From: a bacterium
GTDB lineage: Bacteria > RBG-13-61-14 > DATKZS01
NCBI GenBank assembly: GCA_963674965.2
Contig: CAXXFL010000002.1
Span: 288,001 to 352,000, forward strand
DNA: 64,000 nucleotides
Reading direction: 5' to 3'
Shown: positions 20,296 through 31,000 of the stretch, in pieces
Layout: each line of letters opens with the position of its first letter
How positions within the stretch are numbered: the stretch's first letter is position 1
Notes under the pieces: model-generated
Seen by the model: only the letters and a program-made list of their open reading frames with translations
Told to the model about the DNA's origin: nothing
Databases searched by the model: none
Position numbers and translations under genes: made by a program

Positions 20296-21066
20296 TTACT
20301 CGCCGGGACCGGCCGAGTCCGAGTCCGCCGGCTCGGGCCCGGGTCCTTCATCGAGGGGGGAAACGGACGCCGTGTTCCCCCCTTCAGTTCCCGGCGGCGC
20401 GGGTTCGATCTTTTCGGACCCTCCGGAGGTATCCCCGTCCTCCACCAGGGGAGGAGACTCGGGCTTAAGATCGGGAAATTGGGCCAGGCGCTGGGGCCCT
20501 TTTTGAATGATCACGTCGTCCACCAAAAGATATTCCGAGGTCTCGAGAAAGAGCTTTAAATCCCCGCTCTCGGCGAAGCGGTCAACCTCGGAGGGCTTGA
20601 CTCCCCACACGATCACGTCGGCTTTTTGTCCGATCTCCTCCGGGTGGGGAGCGGCTTTCTTCGGCTCCGGCTGCACCTGGACGATCCAGAAGTCAATGTC
20701 CTCTCGCAGGTCGGGAACTTCTCTTAGCGCCAGGAAGGCGTTGGCGATCATTTTAGCGGCCGACTCTTTCGAGTATTCGGGCGCGTAGGCCACCAGGTTT
20801 ACGGTGGGCGAAATTTCCCGGTACACGAAAATCTTGTTTTGTTCCAGGAGTCCGGGAAGCGCTTCCCTTACCGCCGCCGGCATGTCGTAAACCTCGGGCT
20901 TTATGTCCTTGTAAACGTGCCTGGGTCCGTTTTTTTCCTCTTTCCCGGGTTTTTCGGCGGGGGTGGCGCAGGCGATGGCCAATGAGGCGATAAGCGAAAG
21001 CGTCAGGGCCGCGAGGGCCGCGATCCGCGCTTTCGAGATTAGCGATAAGTCTTCATGCCGTTTCAT
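20296..21066 (-). CDS. Hypothetical lipoprotein
   Basis: AIAC lipobox; lies directly downstream of cheB on the same strand. Confidence 0.65.
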   Translation of the reverse strand: MKRHEDLSLISKARIAALAALTLSLIASLAIACATPAEKPGKEEKNGPRHVYKDIKPEVYDMPAAVREALPGLLEQNKIFVYREISPTVNLVAYAPEYSKESAAKMIANAFLALREVPDLREDIDFWIVQVQPEPKKAAPHPEEIGQKADVIVWGVKPSEVDRFAESGDLKLFLETSEYLLVDDVIIQKGPQRLAQFPDLKPESPPLVEDGDTSGGSEKIEPAPPGTEGGNTASVSPLDEGPGPEPADSDSAGPGE

Positions 21067-21083
21067 CGTGTTCCTTCTCCGTT

Positions 21084-22295
21084 CTATTTGGCGATGGCCC
21101 TGGCGATGGCCAAGGGCATGGAGGTGAGGGATACGACCTCATCGGCCGCCCCGATTTCCATGGCCGCCTTGGGCATGCCGAATATGGCCGAAGATTTCTG
21201 GTCCTGGACCAGGGTCTTTCCTCCCCTGTCCTTGATGGCCTTGAGCCCTTCCGCGCCGTCCCTTCCCATGCCGGTGAGCAAAACACCCACCGTCACGTCG
21301 CCGAAGTACTCGGCGGCGGAGAAGAAGAGCACGTCCACCGAGGGCCGGCAGGAATGTACCGGCTCGGAGTTGGTCAGCCGGATGAGGTTTTTTTCCACCA
21401 CCATGTGGACCTCGGTGGGGGCCACGTAGATGGTCCCTCCGTTCATCTGCATGCGGTCCTCGGCCAGCACCACCCGCATGGGCGACTCCCGGTTGAGCCA
21501 GCCCACCAGCCCGGGCGCGAAGCTGGGGGCGATATGCTGGACCGTGAGAACGGGCAGGCAAAAGCCGGCGGGAATGCGGCTGAAAATCCTGACCAGCGCC
21601 TTGGGCCCGCCGGTGCTGGAACCCACGGTTACCAGTTTTTTTCTGACCTTTTCACGGGCCGGGAGTTCCACCAGCCCGACGGCTTCCGGGCCCGGGACGG
21701 CGGACGGGACCTCCTGTTCGATGACCGGGGCAATGGCCTTGGCCTTCCTGGTAAGACGCGATATCATCGCCCTGGTTTTGGACCGGTCGACGGCCTCGGG
21801 GGCAGCCGCGCCCAGGGCCGAGTCCAGGCTGGATTTCCTCCTCCTCTTTTTGCCTCGCAAATGGGGAATCACGTGAATATTGGATATTAACCTTATCTTG
21901 TTGATGAAGTCCTCACGGATGCGGTCGAACTCGCCTCCCTCCGAGACCTTTGGCTTCTCCATGACGTCCAGGGCGCCCCGGTCGATGGCCTGGAAGGCGA
22001 CGTCGATTTCCTTGTCGTTCACGACCGAGCTGAACACCAGGATGGGAGTGGGAAAGTAGGCCATGATCTGCTCGACCGCCTCGAGGCCGTTCATCACCGG
22101 CATCATCACGTCCATGGTGATGATATCGGGCGAGAGCTTCTCCGCCAGCGTCACCGCGTCCTTGCCGTGGACCGCCTCGCCCACCACCTCGAGGTCGGGC
22201 TCGTCGGAAATCATATCCTTGAGAATCTCCCGAACCACGGGCGAGTCGTCCGCGATAAGGACCCTGATCTTGTCTTTTTGCAACTCAGTCTCCAA
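21084..22295 (-). CDS. cheB: Chemotaxis methylesterase CheB (REC plus esterase)
   Basis: GSSTGGP, QHI and LTGMGRDG catalytic triad motifs. Confidence 0.95.
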   Translation of the reverse strand: METELQKDKIRVLIADDSPVVREILKDMISDEPDLEVVGEAVHGKDAVTLAEKLSPDIITMDVMMPVMNGLEAVEQIMAYFPTPILVFSSVVNDKEIDVAFQAIDRGALDVMEKPKVSEGGEFDRIREDFINKIRLISNIHVIPHLRGKKRRRKSSLDSALGAAAPEAVDRSKTRAMISRLTRKAKAIAPVIEQEVPSAVPGPEAVGLVELPAREKVRKKLVTVGSSTGGPKALVRIFSRIPAGFCLPVLTVQHIAPSFAPGLVGWLNRESPMRVVLAEDRMQMNGGTIYVAPTEVHMVVEKNLIRLTNSEPVHSCRPSVDVLFFSAAEYFGDVTVGVLLTGMGRDGAEGLKAIKDRGGKTLVQDQKSSAIFGMPKAAMEIGAADEVVSLTSMPLAIARAIAK

Positions 22296-24600
22296 TCAGG
22301 CTCTTGACCGTGTCCAAAAGGACGTTCTGGTCAAAGGAACCCTTGACGATATATGCCTGCGCGCCCACCGCTATTCCCCTTCTTTTATCCTCGTCCGAGG
22401 CCCGCGACGTGAGAATTATAACCGGCTGCGCGGAAGTCTCGGGCCTCCCTTTGAGTTTTTCCGTAAGCTCGAAACCGTTCATTCCGGGCATGTCCACGTC
22501 CACCACGAAGAGGTCGAAATCCCGCGGTGCTCCCTTCAGCTTGTCGAGGGCGTCCTCCGCGCTCACCGCCGTGGTCACGTCGTAACCGGCCCGCTCGAGG
22601 ATGTTCATCTCGATCGTCCTGGTCGTGATCGAGTCGTCAATCACCAGTATGCGGGGGGCCCTGGTCTCGCCCTCGCTCTCGCTGACCATCTTCTTGATGC
22701 CCGCCGTCCTTATCCCCTTGGACTCGGAGAAAACGTCGAACACGTTGAGGATCAGGGCGGGCTCTCCCTTCCTCAGGATGGTGGCCCCGCTGATAAAGGG
22801 GGCCCTCGAGAGGTAGGCCCCCAGTCCCTTGACCAGTATCTCCTGGTCGCGCAGGGGGTTGTCGACCTCGAGGGCCAGGTTCTGGTTCCTGTACTTGAGT
22901 ACCACCACGTTGAGAGCGTCCTCCTCGGAGGAGTACTCGACCTCGTAGCCGGGCAGGGGCGGCAGGTCCAGAAGGTCTCCCAGCCGCGTCAGGGGAAGGA
23001 GCTTGCCCCGGACGGGGACCATTTCCTTGCCCCGGTCCATCACGATGTCCTCGACCTTCATCCGCAGAACCTCGTCCACCGCCGCCAGGGGAACGGCGTA
23101 CATCTCGCCGCCCTGCATTATCAGGAGGGCCTCGATGATGGAGACGGTAAGGGGAAGGCGAAGCTCGATGATGGTTCCCTTTCCCTTCTCGCTTTTAATG
23201 CCCAGGTCGCCCCGCAGGGACTCGACGTTGGTCTTGACCACGTCCATGCCCACGCCCCGGCCGGAAAGGTCGGTGATCAATGAACTGGTCGAGAAGCCGG
23301 GCCGCAGGGTCAGATAAAAGGCCTCCTCATCCGAGAGGTCAGCCGCCGCCCGGGCGTCCATGAGCTTGCGCGCAACCGCCACCTCCCGTATGCGGGCCGA
23401 GTCCATGCCCGCCCCGTCGTCGGAAACCTCGATGACGACCGAGCCGCCGTGATGATAGGCCCGCAGGCTGATCGAGCCGGCCCTTGCCTTGCCCGCGTTT
23501 TCCCGTATCTCGGGAGGCTCGATGCCGTGGTCGCAGGCGTTCCGGAGTATGTGGATAAGGGGACCGCGTATCTGCTCGAGCAGGCGCTTGTCCAGTTCCG
23601 TCTCGGCGCCCTGGACGGTGAGATGGATTTCCTTGCCCAGGTCGCGGGCAATGTCTCTCACCAGCCTGGGAAACTCGTCGAAGATGGTCGCCGCCGGGGT
23701 CATGCGAAGCTGGAGGGACCCCTCCTGTATTTCCTGGACGTTCACGTCCAACTCGATCACGTCCTCCACGAACTCCTGGACAAAGTCCTGGCACTGGTTC
23801 TTAAGGTCCTGGAGCCTGGCCTTGAAAGCCTCGCGCTTGCCGTCGCGAGAGGCCCGCTCGAACTCGGAGATAAGCTCGCCGGCCAACTCGAGGATGCTCT
23901 TGGCCGCGAAACCCTTGCTCTCGAACTTGATCTTGTTTATAAAAAGCTCGCCCGTCAGGTCGATGAGCTTGTCCAGTTTGGAGGCCTCGACCCGGAGCGT
24001 GTCGGATTTGCTTTTTTTGACCGGGGCATCCTGGCCGCCGTCTTTAACCGCGGGCGCCGGGGAGGGGGCCTCGGTCTTGGCCGGTTTCGTCTCCTCCGGC
24101 GCGGCCTTTTCGATCTTGGCCTTTTTCGGCTTCTGAGCCGGCTTCTTGGGCGGCGGTTTTTCGGCCGTCTTTTCCGGCGCGGCGGGCTTGTCCTTTCCTT
24201 CCCCTTCGCCGGAGGTCTCGCCGGCCAGCACTTTCTCGAGCCTCTCGACCGCGGGCTCGACCAGTTTTTTCTCAGGCGGGGCCTCGGGATCGAGCTGCGC
24301 GGCGATGACGTCGGCGCCCTCGAGCAGCCTGTCCACGGTCTCGGACGTGATGGGAAGCTGCTCCTCCTCGATGGCCTTGAGGATGTCCTCCATCTTGTGC
24401 GCCACCGCGCCGATCTCCTCGAGGCCGAGCATCCTCGAGCTGCCCTTCAGGGTATGGGCCGCCCTCAGCACCGAGTGGATAACCTCGGGGTCTCTTCCTC
24501 CCGCCTCGATGTCCAGAAGACCCTGGTTGATGGCGGACAGATGATCGTCCGCCTCGGCCCTGAAAATCTTCAGATACTTTTTCTTTTTAGCTTCATCCAT
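22285..24600 (-). CDS. cheA: Hybrid CheA (Hpt-HATPase-CheW-REC)
   Basis: RAAHTLKGSS, HILRNACDHG, SGRGVGMDVV and a C-terminal receiver domain. Confidence 0.95.
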   Translation of the reverse strand: MDEAKKKKYLKIFRAEADDHLSAINQGLLDIEAGGRDPEVIHSVLRAAHTLKGSSRMLGLEEIGAVAHKMEDILKAIEEEQLPITSETVDRLLEGADVIAAQLDPEAPPEKKLVEPAVERLEKVLAGETSGEGEGKDKPAAPEKTAEKPPPKKPAQKPKKAKIEKAAPEETKPAKTEAPSPAPAVKDGGQDAPVKKSKSDTLRVEASKLDKLIDLTGELFINKIKFESKGFAAKSILELAGELISEFERASRDGKREAFKARLQDLKNQCQDFVQEFVEDVIELDVNVQEIQEGSLQLRMTPAATIFDEFPRLVRDIARDLGKEIHLTVQGAETELDKRLLEQIRGPLIHILRNACDHGIEPPEIRENAGKARAGSISLRAYHHGGSVVIEVSDDGAGMDSARIREVAVARKLMDARAAADLSDEEAFYLTLRPGFSTSSLITDLSGRGVGMDVVKTNVESLRGDLGIKSEKGKGTIIELRLPLTVSIIEALLIMQGGEMYAVPLAAVDEVLRMKVEDIVMDRGKEMVPVRGKLLPLTRLGDLLDLPPLPGYEVEYSSEEDALNVVVLKYRNQNLALEVDNPLRDQEILVKGLGAYLSRAPFISGATILRKGEPALILNVFDVFSESKGIRTAGIKKMVSESEGETRAPRILVIDDSITTRTIEMNILERAGYDVTTAVSAEDALDKLKGAPRDFDLFVVDVDMPGMNGFELTEKLKGRPETSAQPVIILTSRASDEDKRRGIAVGAQAYIVKGSFDQNVLLDTVKSLIGD

Positions 24601-24636
24601 GTTCGCCGACCGTTTCTTTTCGCCTCGGGAGAGCGG

Positions 24637-25575
24637 TCACTGGATCGAGACGATCCCTTTGCGGATGAAATACCCCGCCATCCGGCAGATTTCGTAATCG
24701 GTCCAGGGAAGCTCATCCAACACGGCCGGAAAAGCTCCCTCTCTTTCCACCGCCGCCAGGAACTCGGCCTCCCTGGGGCTTAGCTCGCTCTCGCTCGGCT
24801 CGTTCTCCACGGCCAGGGTCTTGCCCTCGAGCGAGTATTCCTTAAGGACAACCGCCTGCTCGTCCATTTGCCTCATGCCCTCCATGAGCGCCTCGTCCAC
24901 CGACATGGGAAAGCCCGCGTCCTCCTCCTCCCCCATGAGGGGCTGGACGTCGAAGCGGGCGTTGGTCCAGGCCAGGAGGCGGTAAAGGGCCTTCTCGCCC
25001 CTGGCCCCTCCCGTCTCGGCCCGGATGATTTTTCCCTGACTGAGCGCGATGTATCCCGGCGGCAGTCCCATCTTGTTTACCCGGAGAAGTCCCGTCTTCT
25101 GGTTGATGCCGAAAAGCTGCAAAAGGTCCGGCAGGGCCATCTCGTCGGTCGATCCCGACAGTCCCTTGCTCTCGCGGATAAGCATGCCTTCCTGGGCCTT
25201 CAATATCCTCTGGAAAATGAGTTTGACCCTGGCGATAAGCTCCGCCATCTCGAAGGGCTTGGTCAGATAGTCGTCGGCCCCCAGTTGCAGTCCCCGAATC
25301 CTGTCGGGGGCCTCGGCGCGCGAGGTCAAAAAGATGAACGGAATAAAGGACGTGAAGGGGTGGGACCGTATCTGGGAACAAAGCTCCCAGCCGTCCATGC
25401 CCGGCATGGCGATGTCCGCGATGATGATGTCGGGGTTTTCCTCGAGAGCTATCTTGAGGGCCTCGCTGCCGTCCTGCGCCGTGAGCACTTTATAACCCTC
25501 ATCCTTGAAGGCGTCGCCGATCATCTCGGTGATCACGGGACTGTCGTCAACGGCCAATATTGAAAGTTTGAGCAT
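24637..25575 (-). CDS. Response regulator with DUF4388/PatA-N-like domain
   Basis: Receiver domain followed by LPDLLQL..KTGLL..ALYRLLAW..LMEGMRQMDE. Confidence 0.85.
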   Translation of the reverse strand: MLKLSILAVDDSPVITEMIGDAFKDEGYKVLTAQDGSEALKIALEENPDIIIADIAMPGMDGWELCSQIRSHPFTSFIPFIFLTSRAEAPDRIRGLQLGADDYLTKPFEMAELIARVKLIFQRILKAQEGMLIRESKGLSGSTDEMALPDLLQLFGINQKTGLLRVNKMGLPPGYIALSQGKIIRAETGGARGEKALYRLLAWTNARFDVQPLMGEEEDAGFPMSVDEALMEGMRQMDEQAVVLKEYSLEGKTLAVENEPSESELSPREAEFLAAVEREGAFPAVLDELPWTDYEICRMAGYFIRKGIVSIQ

Positions 25576-25589
25576 TTACTCCTTCTCCA

Positions 25590-26147
25590 TTATTGAAACG
25601 ATGAAAGCTCCTTGTCGTGGACAATCTTGTCCAGGTCAAGAAAGGTTACCCATTCGTCCTCTCCTTCAAGGGGGGCCACGTGGCCCCGCATAAGGTCGTC
25701 CTTCAGGCGAGACGACCTCGACTCGGGCTCCTTGATCCGGGACTCGTCGACCCACTCGATACCCCGCACCCGGTCGACCAGGAAGATAACGCGAACGTCA
25801 TCGCACTCGACCAGGACCAGGCGGGACTTATCGGTCGGGGCAATAGGGGCAAGCCCGAGAAGGCGGGCCGCGTCGAGCACCGTCACTATCTCGCCCCGCA
25901 GGTTGATAACTCCCAGCACGTAGTCGGGCACGCGAGGGACCCGCGTCAGCCTGCCCATCTTCAAGATGGTCTTGCAGTTCACGGCCCTCATGGCGAAGGG
26001 CTCTCCCACCATCTCCACCAGAAGAAGCTGGACCCGGTTTTGTTCCGTGTGGACCTCGGCCTCGGACACGCCCCTCCAGTATTCCTGGCGCATCTCCTCG
26101 ATAATCTTCGCCGGGTCTATCTCGTCGTGTTTTCTCGAGTTTCCCAT
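25590..26147 (-). CDS. cheW: CheW adaptor
   Basis: RVPRVPDYVLGVINLRGEIVTVLD motif. Confidence 0.92.
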   Translation of the reverse strand: MGNSRKHDEIDPAKIIEEMRQEYWRGVSEAEVHTEQNRVQLLLVEMVGEPFAMRAVNCKTILKMGRLTRVPRVPDYVLGVINLRGEIVTVLDAARLLGLAPIAPTDKSRLVLVECDDVRVIFLVDRVRGIEWVDESRIKEPESRSSRLKDDLMRGHVAPLEGEDEWVTFLDLDKIVHDKELSSFQ

Positions 26148-26203
26148 GTTTACTCTCCATGCCTGAAAAGCTCAGGCCCGGGGCCGCCTCGCCGGAAGGC
26201 CGT

Positions 26204-27931
26204 TCATTTGCCCCTTCCCCCCCGCGCCCGTTTCGGACCGAGCTGCTCTCTTTGCAGCTCGCAGAACTGGAGCAGGGCCTCCCTCGAGAGACCGCCGCTG
26301 AAATGGAGCGACCCGTTTTCCGGGTCCCGCTCGAGTATGGATATGACGTTGCCGAACTCCCGCCGGGCGTCCTTTTGTTTTCCCGTCCTGAGGAAAAGGT
26401 TCCCCAGGTTGAAGTGGGCCATGGCGAAGTCGGGATCGAGCATCACCACCCTCTGATAGTTTTTCAGGGCCAGGCCGAACTCGTCGTTCTTCTCGTCGAT
26501 CAGGGCGAGCAGGAAATAAAGCTCGGGCATGAGGTCGTCTCTTTTCATGGCGGCCTCGGCCCGCTCGAGGGCTTCATCCTCCCTCGCCTGGTTGGCCAGG
26601 ATGTATCCCATGCCCACGTTGCCCCGGGCCGAGCCCGGGTCCATCTCGAGTATCTCCTCGAAGGAAACCCGGGCGGGCGCGAACTCCTCCCTCGAGAAGG
26701 CCTCGAGGCCCTCCTTCCACAGCCTCTCCTCCAGCGCCTTGTCCACCGCGGCGGGCTTTTTTACTTCTTCTTTGTCCTCGACCTTTGCCTCGGGGGCCGG
26801 GACCGCCTCGCGCCTCGAGGCGTACTCGACCTCGAGTTCCCCCGCCTCGGCCAACTCGTTCAGTTCCCATAGGCGTTCCCTGGTCCTGGCGCCGTCTCCT
26901 CCCGGGCGGCGCAAGTCCACCACGTTGGAAAAAGCGTCCGGACCGACGGCAAGTTCCAGGTCTCCTCCCCCGACGAGGGGATGGGGCCTGCTGCCGAGGG
27001 CCCGGAGGAAATCCTCGCGCTCCCTGGCCTTTTGCCGCTCGCGCATCTCCGAAACGTGGACCTCGGGCGAGTCGGTCTTCTGGTAAAAAAAAGCCTCGGG
27101 CGTATGAATGCTCTGAAAGGCCTCGCTTAGACGGAAGAGGGTTTCCGAATAGCCCAGCATCAGGTAGCCCTCGGGAGCTATCAGGTCATACAGGTTGTCG
27201 ATCACGCTCCGTATGGTATCGAAGTTAAAATAGATCAGGACGTTGCGGCACAGGATCACGTCGAAGGGAAGGCCCCTGGACAAAAGATAATAATCGTCGT
27301 CGATCAGGTTGAAATGCACGAAATCCACGGCCTTTTTGATTTCATCCTTGACGCGCCAGTTGTTTTTCGCCTGCCTCGTAAAGTATCTTTCCCTCGTCAC
27401 GGGATCGACCAGCTTTATTTTCCTGGAGGAGTAAACTCCCACTCTGGCCGCCTCCAGAAATTCCCGGTTAATATCGCAGGCCTTCACGCTTATGTCCCAG
27501 TCGTCGAAATCGGGCAGGAGTTCCTTTAAAAGGATCACCAGCGAGTAGGGTTCCTCCCCCGTGGCGCAGCCGATGGACAACAGCCTCATCTCGAGGCTTT
27601 CCCCTCTTCGCCTTTGAACAAGCTCGGGAATGGCGTATTTCCTAAGGGCCGCGAACTGGTCGGGGGTACGGAAGAACTGGGTCTCGCCCACGGTCAGGGA
27701 AAGAACCAGATTATTCAATTCCTCCTTGCCCCGGCCCCGGGTGGTCAAATAGCGGTAGTAGTCGTCGAAGCAGGCAAGGCCGAGCTCGATCATCCTGACG
27801 GCGGCGGCCCTCTCAAGCTCCCGAAGCCGTCTTCCCTCGAAAACCAGGCCGCTCTTTTCCATCAGGAAAAGCTGGTACCTCTCCATTTGCTCCGGCGTCA
27901 TCCTGAGCCTTATGATCTTTCCGCTTTCCAT
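26204..27931 (-). CDS. cheR: CheR methyltransferase with C-terminal TPRs (WspC/FrzF type)
   Basis: GETQFFR, GCATGEEPYS and CRNVLIYF motifs, plus TPR repeats. Confidence 0.93.
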   Translation of the reverse strand: MESGKIIRLRMTPEQMERYQLFLMEKSGLVFEGRRLRELERAAAVRMIELGLACFDDYYRYLTTRGRGKEELNNLVLSLTVGETQFFRTPDQFAALRKYAIPELVQRRRGESLEMRLLSIGCATGEEPYSLVILLKELLPDFDDWDISVKACDINREFLEAARVGVYSSRKIKLVDPVTRERYFTRQAKNNWRVKDEIKKAVDFVHFNLIDDDYYLLSRGLPFDVILCRNVLIYFNFDTIRSVIDNLYDLIAPEGYLMLGYSETLFRLSEAFQSIHTPEAFFYQKTDSPEVHVSEMRERQKAREREDFLRALGSRPHPLVGGGDLELAVGPDAFSNVVDLRRPGGDGARTRERLWELNELAEAGELEVEYASRREAVPAPEAKVEDKEEVKKPAAVDKALEERLWKEGLEAFSREEFAPARVSFEEILEMDPGSARGNVGMGYILANQAREDEALERAEAAMKRDDLMPELYFLLALIDEKNDEFGLALKNYQRVVMLDPDFAMAHFNLGNLFLRTGKQKDARREFGNVISILERDPENGSLHFSGGLSREALLQFCELQREQLGPKRARGGRGK

Positions 27932-28033
27932 GCCTTTTTCTACGTGTATTAAACTATCGCAAGCAAAGGAATAACGCAACGCGGACGGCTGAGGGCCGGC
28001 GGAGGTTCGGGTCGTCCTGAAAAGAGCAGCGAA

Positions 28034-31000
28034 TTACCTGGAGAACATCCTCGAGATGGTGACGAACTGGTAGTCCCTTTGCCGGAGGTCGTCAATGGCT
28101 TTGGGCAATATCTCGTCGATAAAGTCCTTGCGGCGATCGGAGCCGAGGTGCATGAGGATTATGCCGCCGTTGGCCCTGCCCGCCACTCCTCCGTCGATGC
28201 TCATGAACCGCTTGTAGAGCTTGTCGCCGTTCAGATAGTAGCGGCTCCTCTCGTCGGCCACCCAGTCGAGCATGTCGTGATTCACCGGGGTCCGGGTCCA
28301 GTCCACGTGCTTGAAGCCGGCCTCCGCGGCCCAGGCCAGGATGGTGGGGTTATGCTCGCCGTAAGGGGCCCGCCACCAGTGGATCATCTCCGCTCCGGTG
28401 GCCGCCTCGAAAAGGTCCTTGGTTTTCAAAAGCTCCTCGCGGAGGTTCTCCCGAGTAACGCCGGAAGAGGTGTTGTGCCGCCTGTTCTTCTCGAAAGTCG
28501 TAAGATGGGGATGGGAGTAAGTGTGGTTTCCCACCTCGTGTCCCTCCGCCACTATCCTTCTGGCGACCTCGGGATACCTCTCGATGAACTGGCCCGTTAA
28601 GAAGAAGGTGGTGATGATGCCCTTTTCATGGAGCACGTCGAGGATTTCCTCGGCCCGCTTTTTGGAGGCCCCCGCGTCGATGGTCAGCGCCAGGTAGGGC
28701 AGGTCACGGGGGCCCCGCATGCGGTTGACGGCGCTCGAGTGCCTGACCCGGGCCATGCGCAGGCTCTCGCGCTCGATCATGCTCGCCATCGAGTTGGCCT
28801 CATTGCCCTGGCCGTCGGTGACCTTGACCTCGACGACGTTGACGCCGTAGGCCAAATGGACCTCATCGAAGCTGAAACCCTGGTCCACCACGTCGGTCGC
28901 CGCCACCTCCTCGTTATTCAGCATGAGATAAGCCACGTCGGCCCCGGGCGCGTAGCCGGTGATGTTCACCTTGCCGTCGCTAAGGGCCAGGCTCTCCGAG
29001 GCCACGTCCAGGGTCGGCGTCTGGAGGAGGGGCTCGATGGCGTCGTAAATAATGTTGGGCTGGTCGAGGGGAGAAAATGCCGAGCCGCCCGAAAGCATGG
29101 CGACCTCCTCGGTCTCGTCCTGCCTTCCGTCGGACCACCAGACCGCCGCCACAGTTCCCACGGCCGTGGCCACGAGGAAAGCCGGTATCATGATGAGCAT
29201 GAACCTGGCCCAGGTAAGGGACCCCTCGCGGGCGGACCGGGTTTGAGTCCTGCCCGGCGGGGGAGGGCGGTGGAGACGCTTTTGGGTTTCCTCCACCATC
29301 TTGAGCTTCTTCTTGACGCTCTCGAGATCGGCCAGGGGGGCCGAGGCGGTCTCGAACCTCTTCTCGGTGACGGCCTGTCCCTTTTCGACGGCCTCGAGCT
29401 TTGCTTTCAGGCCCTCGATTTCCACGTCAAAAGAGTCTTGACGGTTTTCCTTTTCCGCCTCGCGTCGCCATGATTCCAGATTGGCGATCTTGGTCTTGAG
29501 GCCCTCGAGGTCCGCCAGAGGATAGGCCGTCAGGTTCTCAAAGGCCTTCCTGATCTGCCGCTTCAGTTCCTTGTGCTCGTCCTCGACCGAGGCCAGGCGC
29601 TCGAAGGCCTTGACCAGGGCCTCCCTGGTTTTGGCCGAGTCCGGGTCACCTCCGCCGGCCTGGCCCGCCTCCAGCGTGGAGGCCAGCCTCGCCATCTCAT
29701 CCTCGATATGAACGAGTCTTTTCTCCAGATCGCTCGGGGCCGTTTCCGCCTCGATCTTATCCTCCATGCCCTCGAGGCGTCCCTCCAGCGCCAAGAGCCG
29801 GGTCGAGTAGTCGTCGAGACGGTCTCTGGCCTCCCGGGCCGAGTCGCTCGAGACCCTGTCGATCCGCTCCGCCATCTTCCGCCGCGAGCGCTCGTCCTTA
29901 TCGAGCCGGCCGGACATTTCCCCGACCAAGTCGGACAGCCTGGCCAGGTCATCGGAAGAGGCGGCCTTGTCCTGGACCTCGCCTATCCGTTTTTCGATCC
30001 TCTCAAGCTTTACCTCGGAGACCTCGCTTCGCTTGTCCTTCTCGACCTCGCCCAGCTTGCGCCTTTGTTCCTCTCTTTCCTCGAAGGCCTCGCTCAACTC
30101 CCCTATCAGGCCCCTTATCTCGATCAGCTCGAGGCGCGTTTTGTCCGCGTCCTCTTGGCGGGCAAAGGAGCCGGAAAGGTCCGCGAGCTTCTTCTCCAGG
30201 TCCGCCAGGCCAGCCAGGTCGCTTACCGTCTTGTCCAGGCGCCGCGAGAGTTTTTCCAGGGAATTTTTATCGGCCGCCTCGCCCCGGGCTTCCTCGATGA
30301 TCTCGGCCATGGCGTCAAGGTCGTCCATGGAAACGAAGCGGGACTGAATCTCGGAGAGCTTCTCGGAAAAGGCCTCGAGGGCCTCGGCGTCGGCGGACCG
30401 GTCCTCGCCGGGCTTGACGGGAACGTTCACCAACAGGTCCAGGCGCTCGACCTCGGAAGTCAGCTCGCCCAGCCTCTCCTCGATCTCGCTCACCTGGCGG
30501 CGAGTGGCCCCGTTTTTACCAAGCTCTTCCAGACGGCCGGACACGCGCTCGAGGTCTTCCCTCGCCGCCGATCCCTCGGCCAGGCGGGCGATGTCTTCCC
30601 TCAGCCTCTCCACCGCCTCGGCCCGGGCCGAGGACTTGTTCAGGCTCCCGACCTCCTCGGCCAGCGCCGCGAGGTCCTCGCTCGAGGCCTTGCTCCCCGC
30701 CAGGGCCTCGAGGCCCTCGATGGCGGCGGCGGTCTCCTCCGCCCGGGCCGCCTCGGCCTCGATCCGCTCGACCTTGTCGGAAAGCTCGGCCAGTTCCTCG
30801 GCGCCGGCCCTCGTCTTTTCCAGCTCACCGACCCTGGCCTCGACCTCGATCAAGTCCTTTTGGCGGGCCGCGTCGCCGGAGAGCTTCTTTAAGAGCGCCG
30901 AAAGCTCGGCCACTTCGTCCGAGTCCGCGTACCGCTCCTCGATCCTCTCGAGGCGCCCGACGGCCTTCTCGAGGTCGGTCCCCGCGGCGGCGGTCGAGGC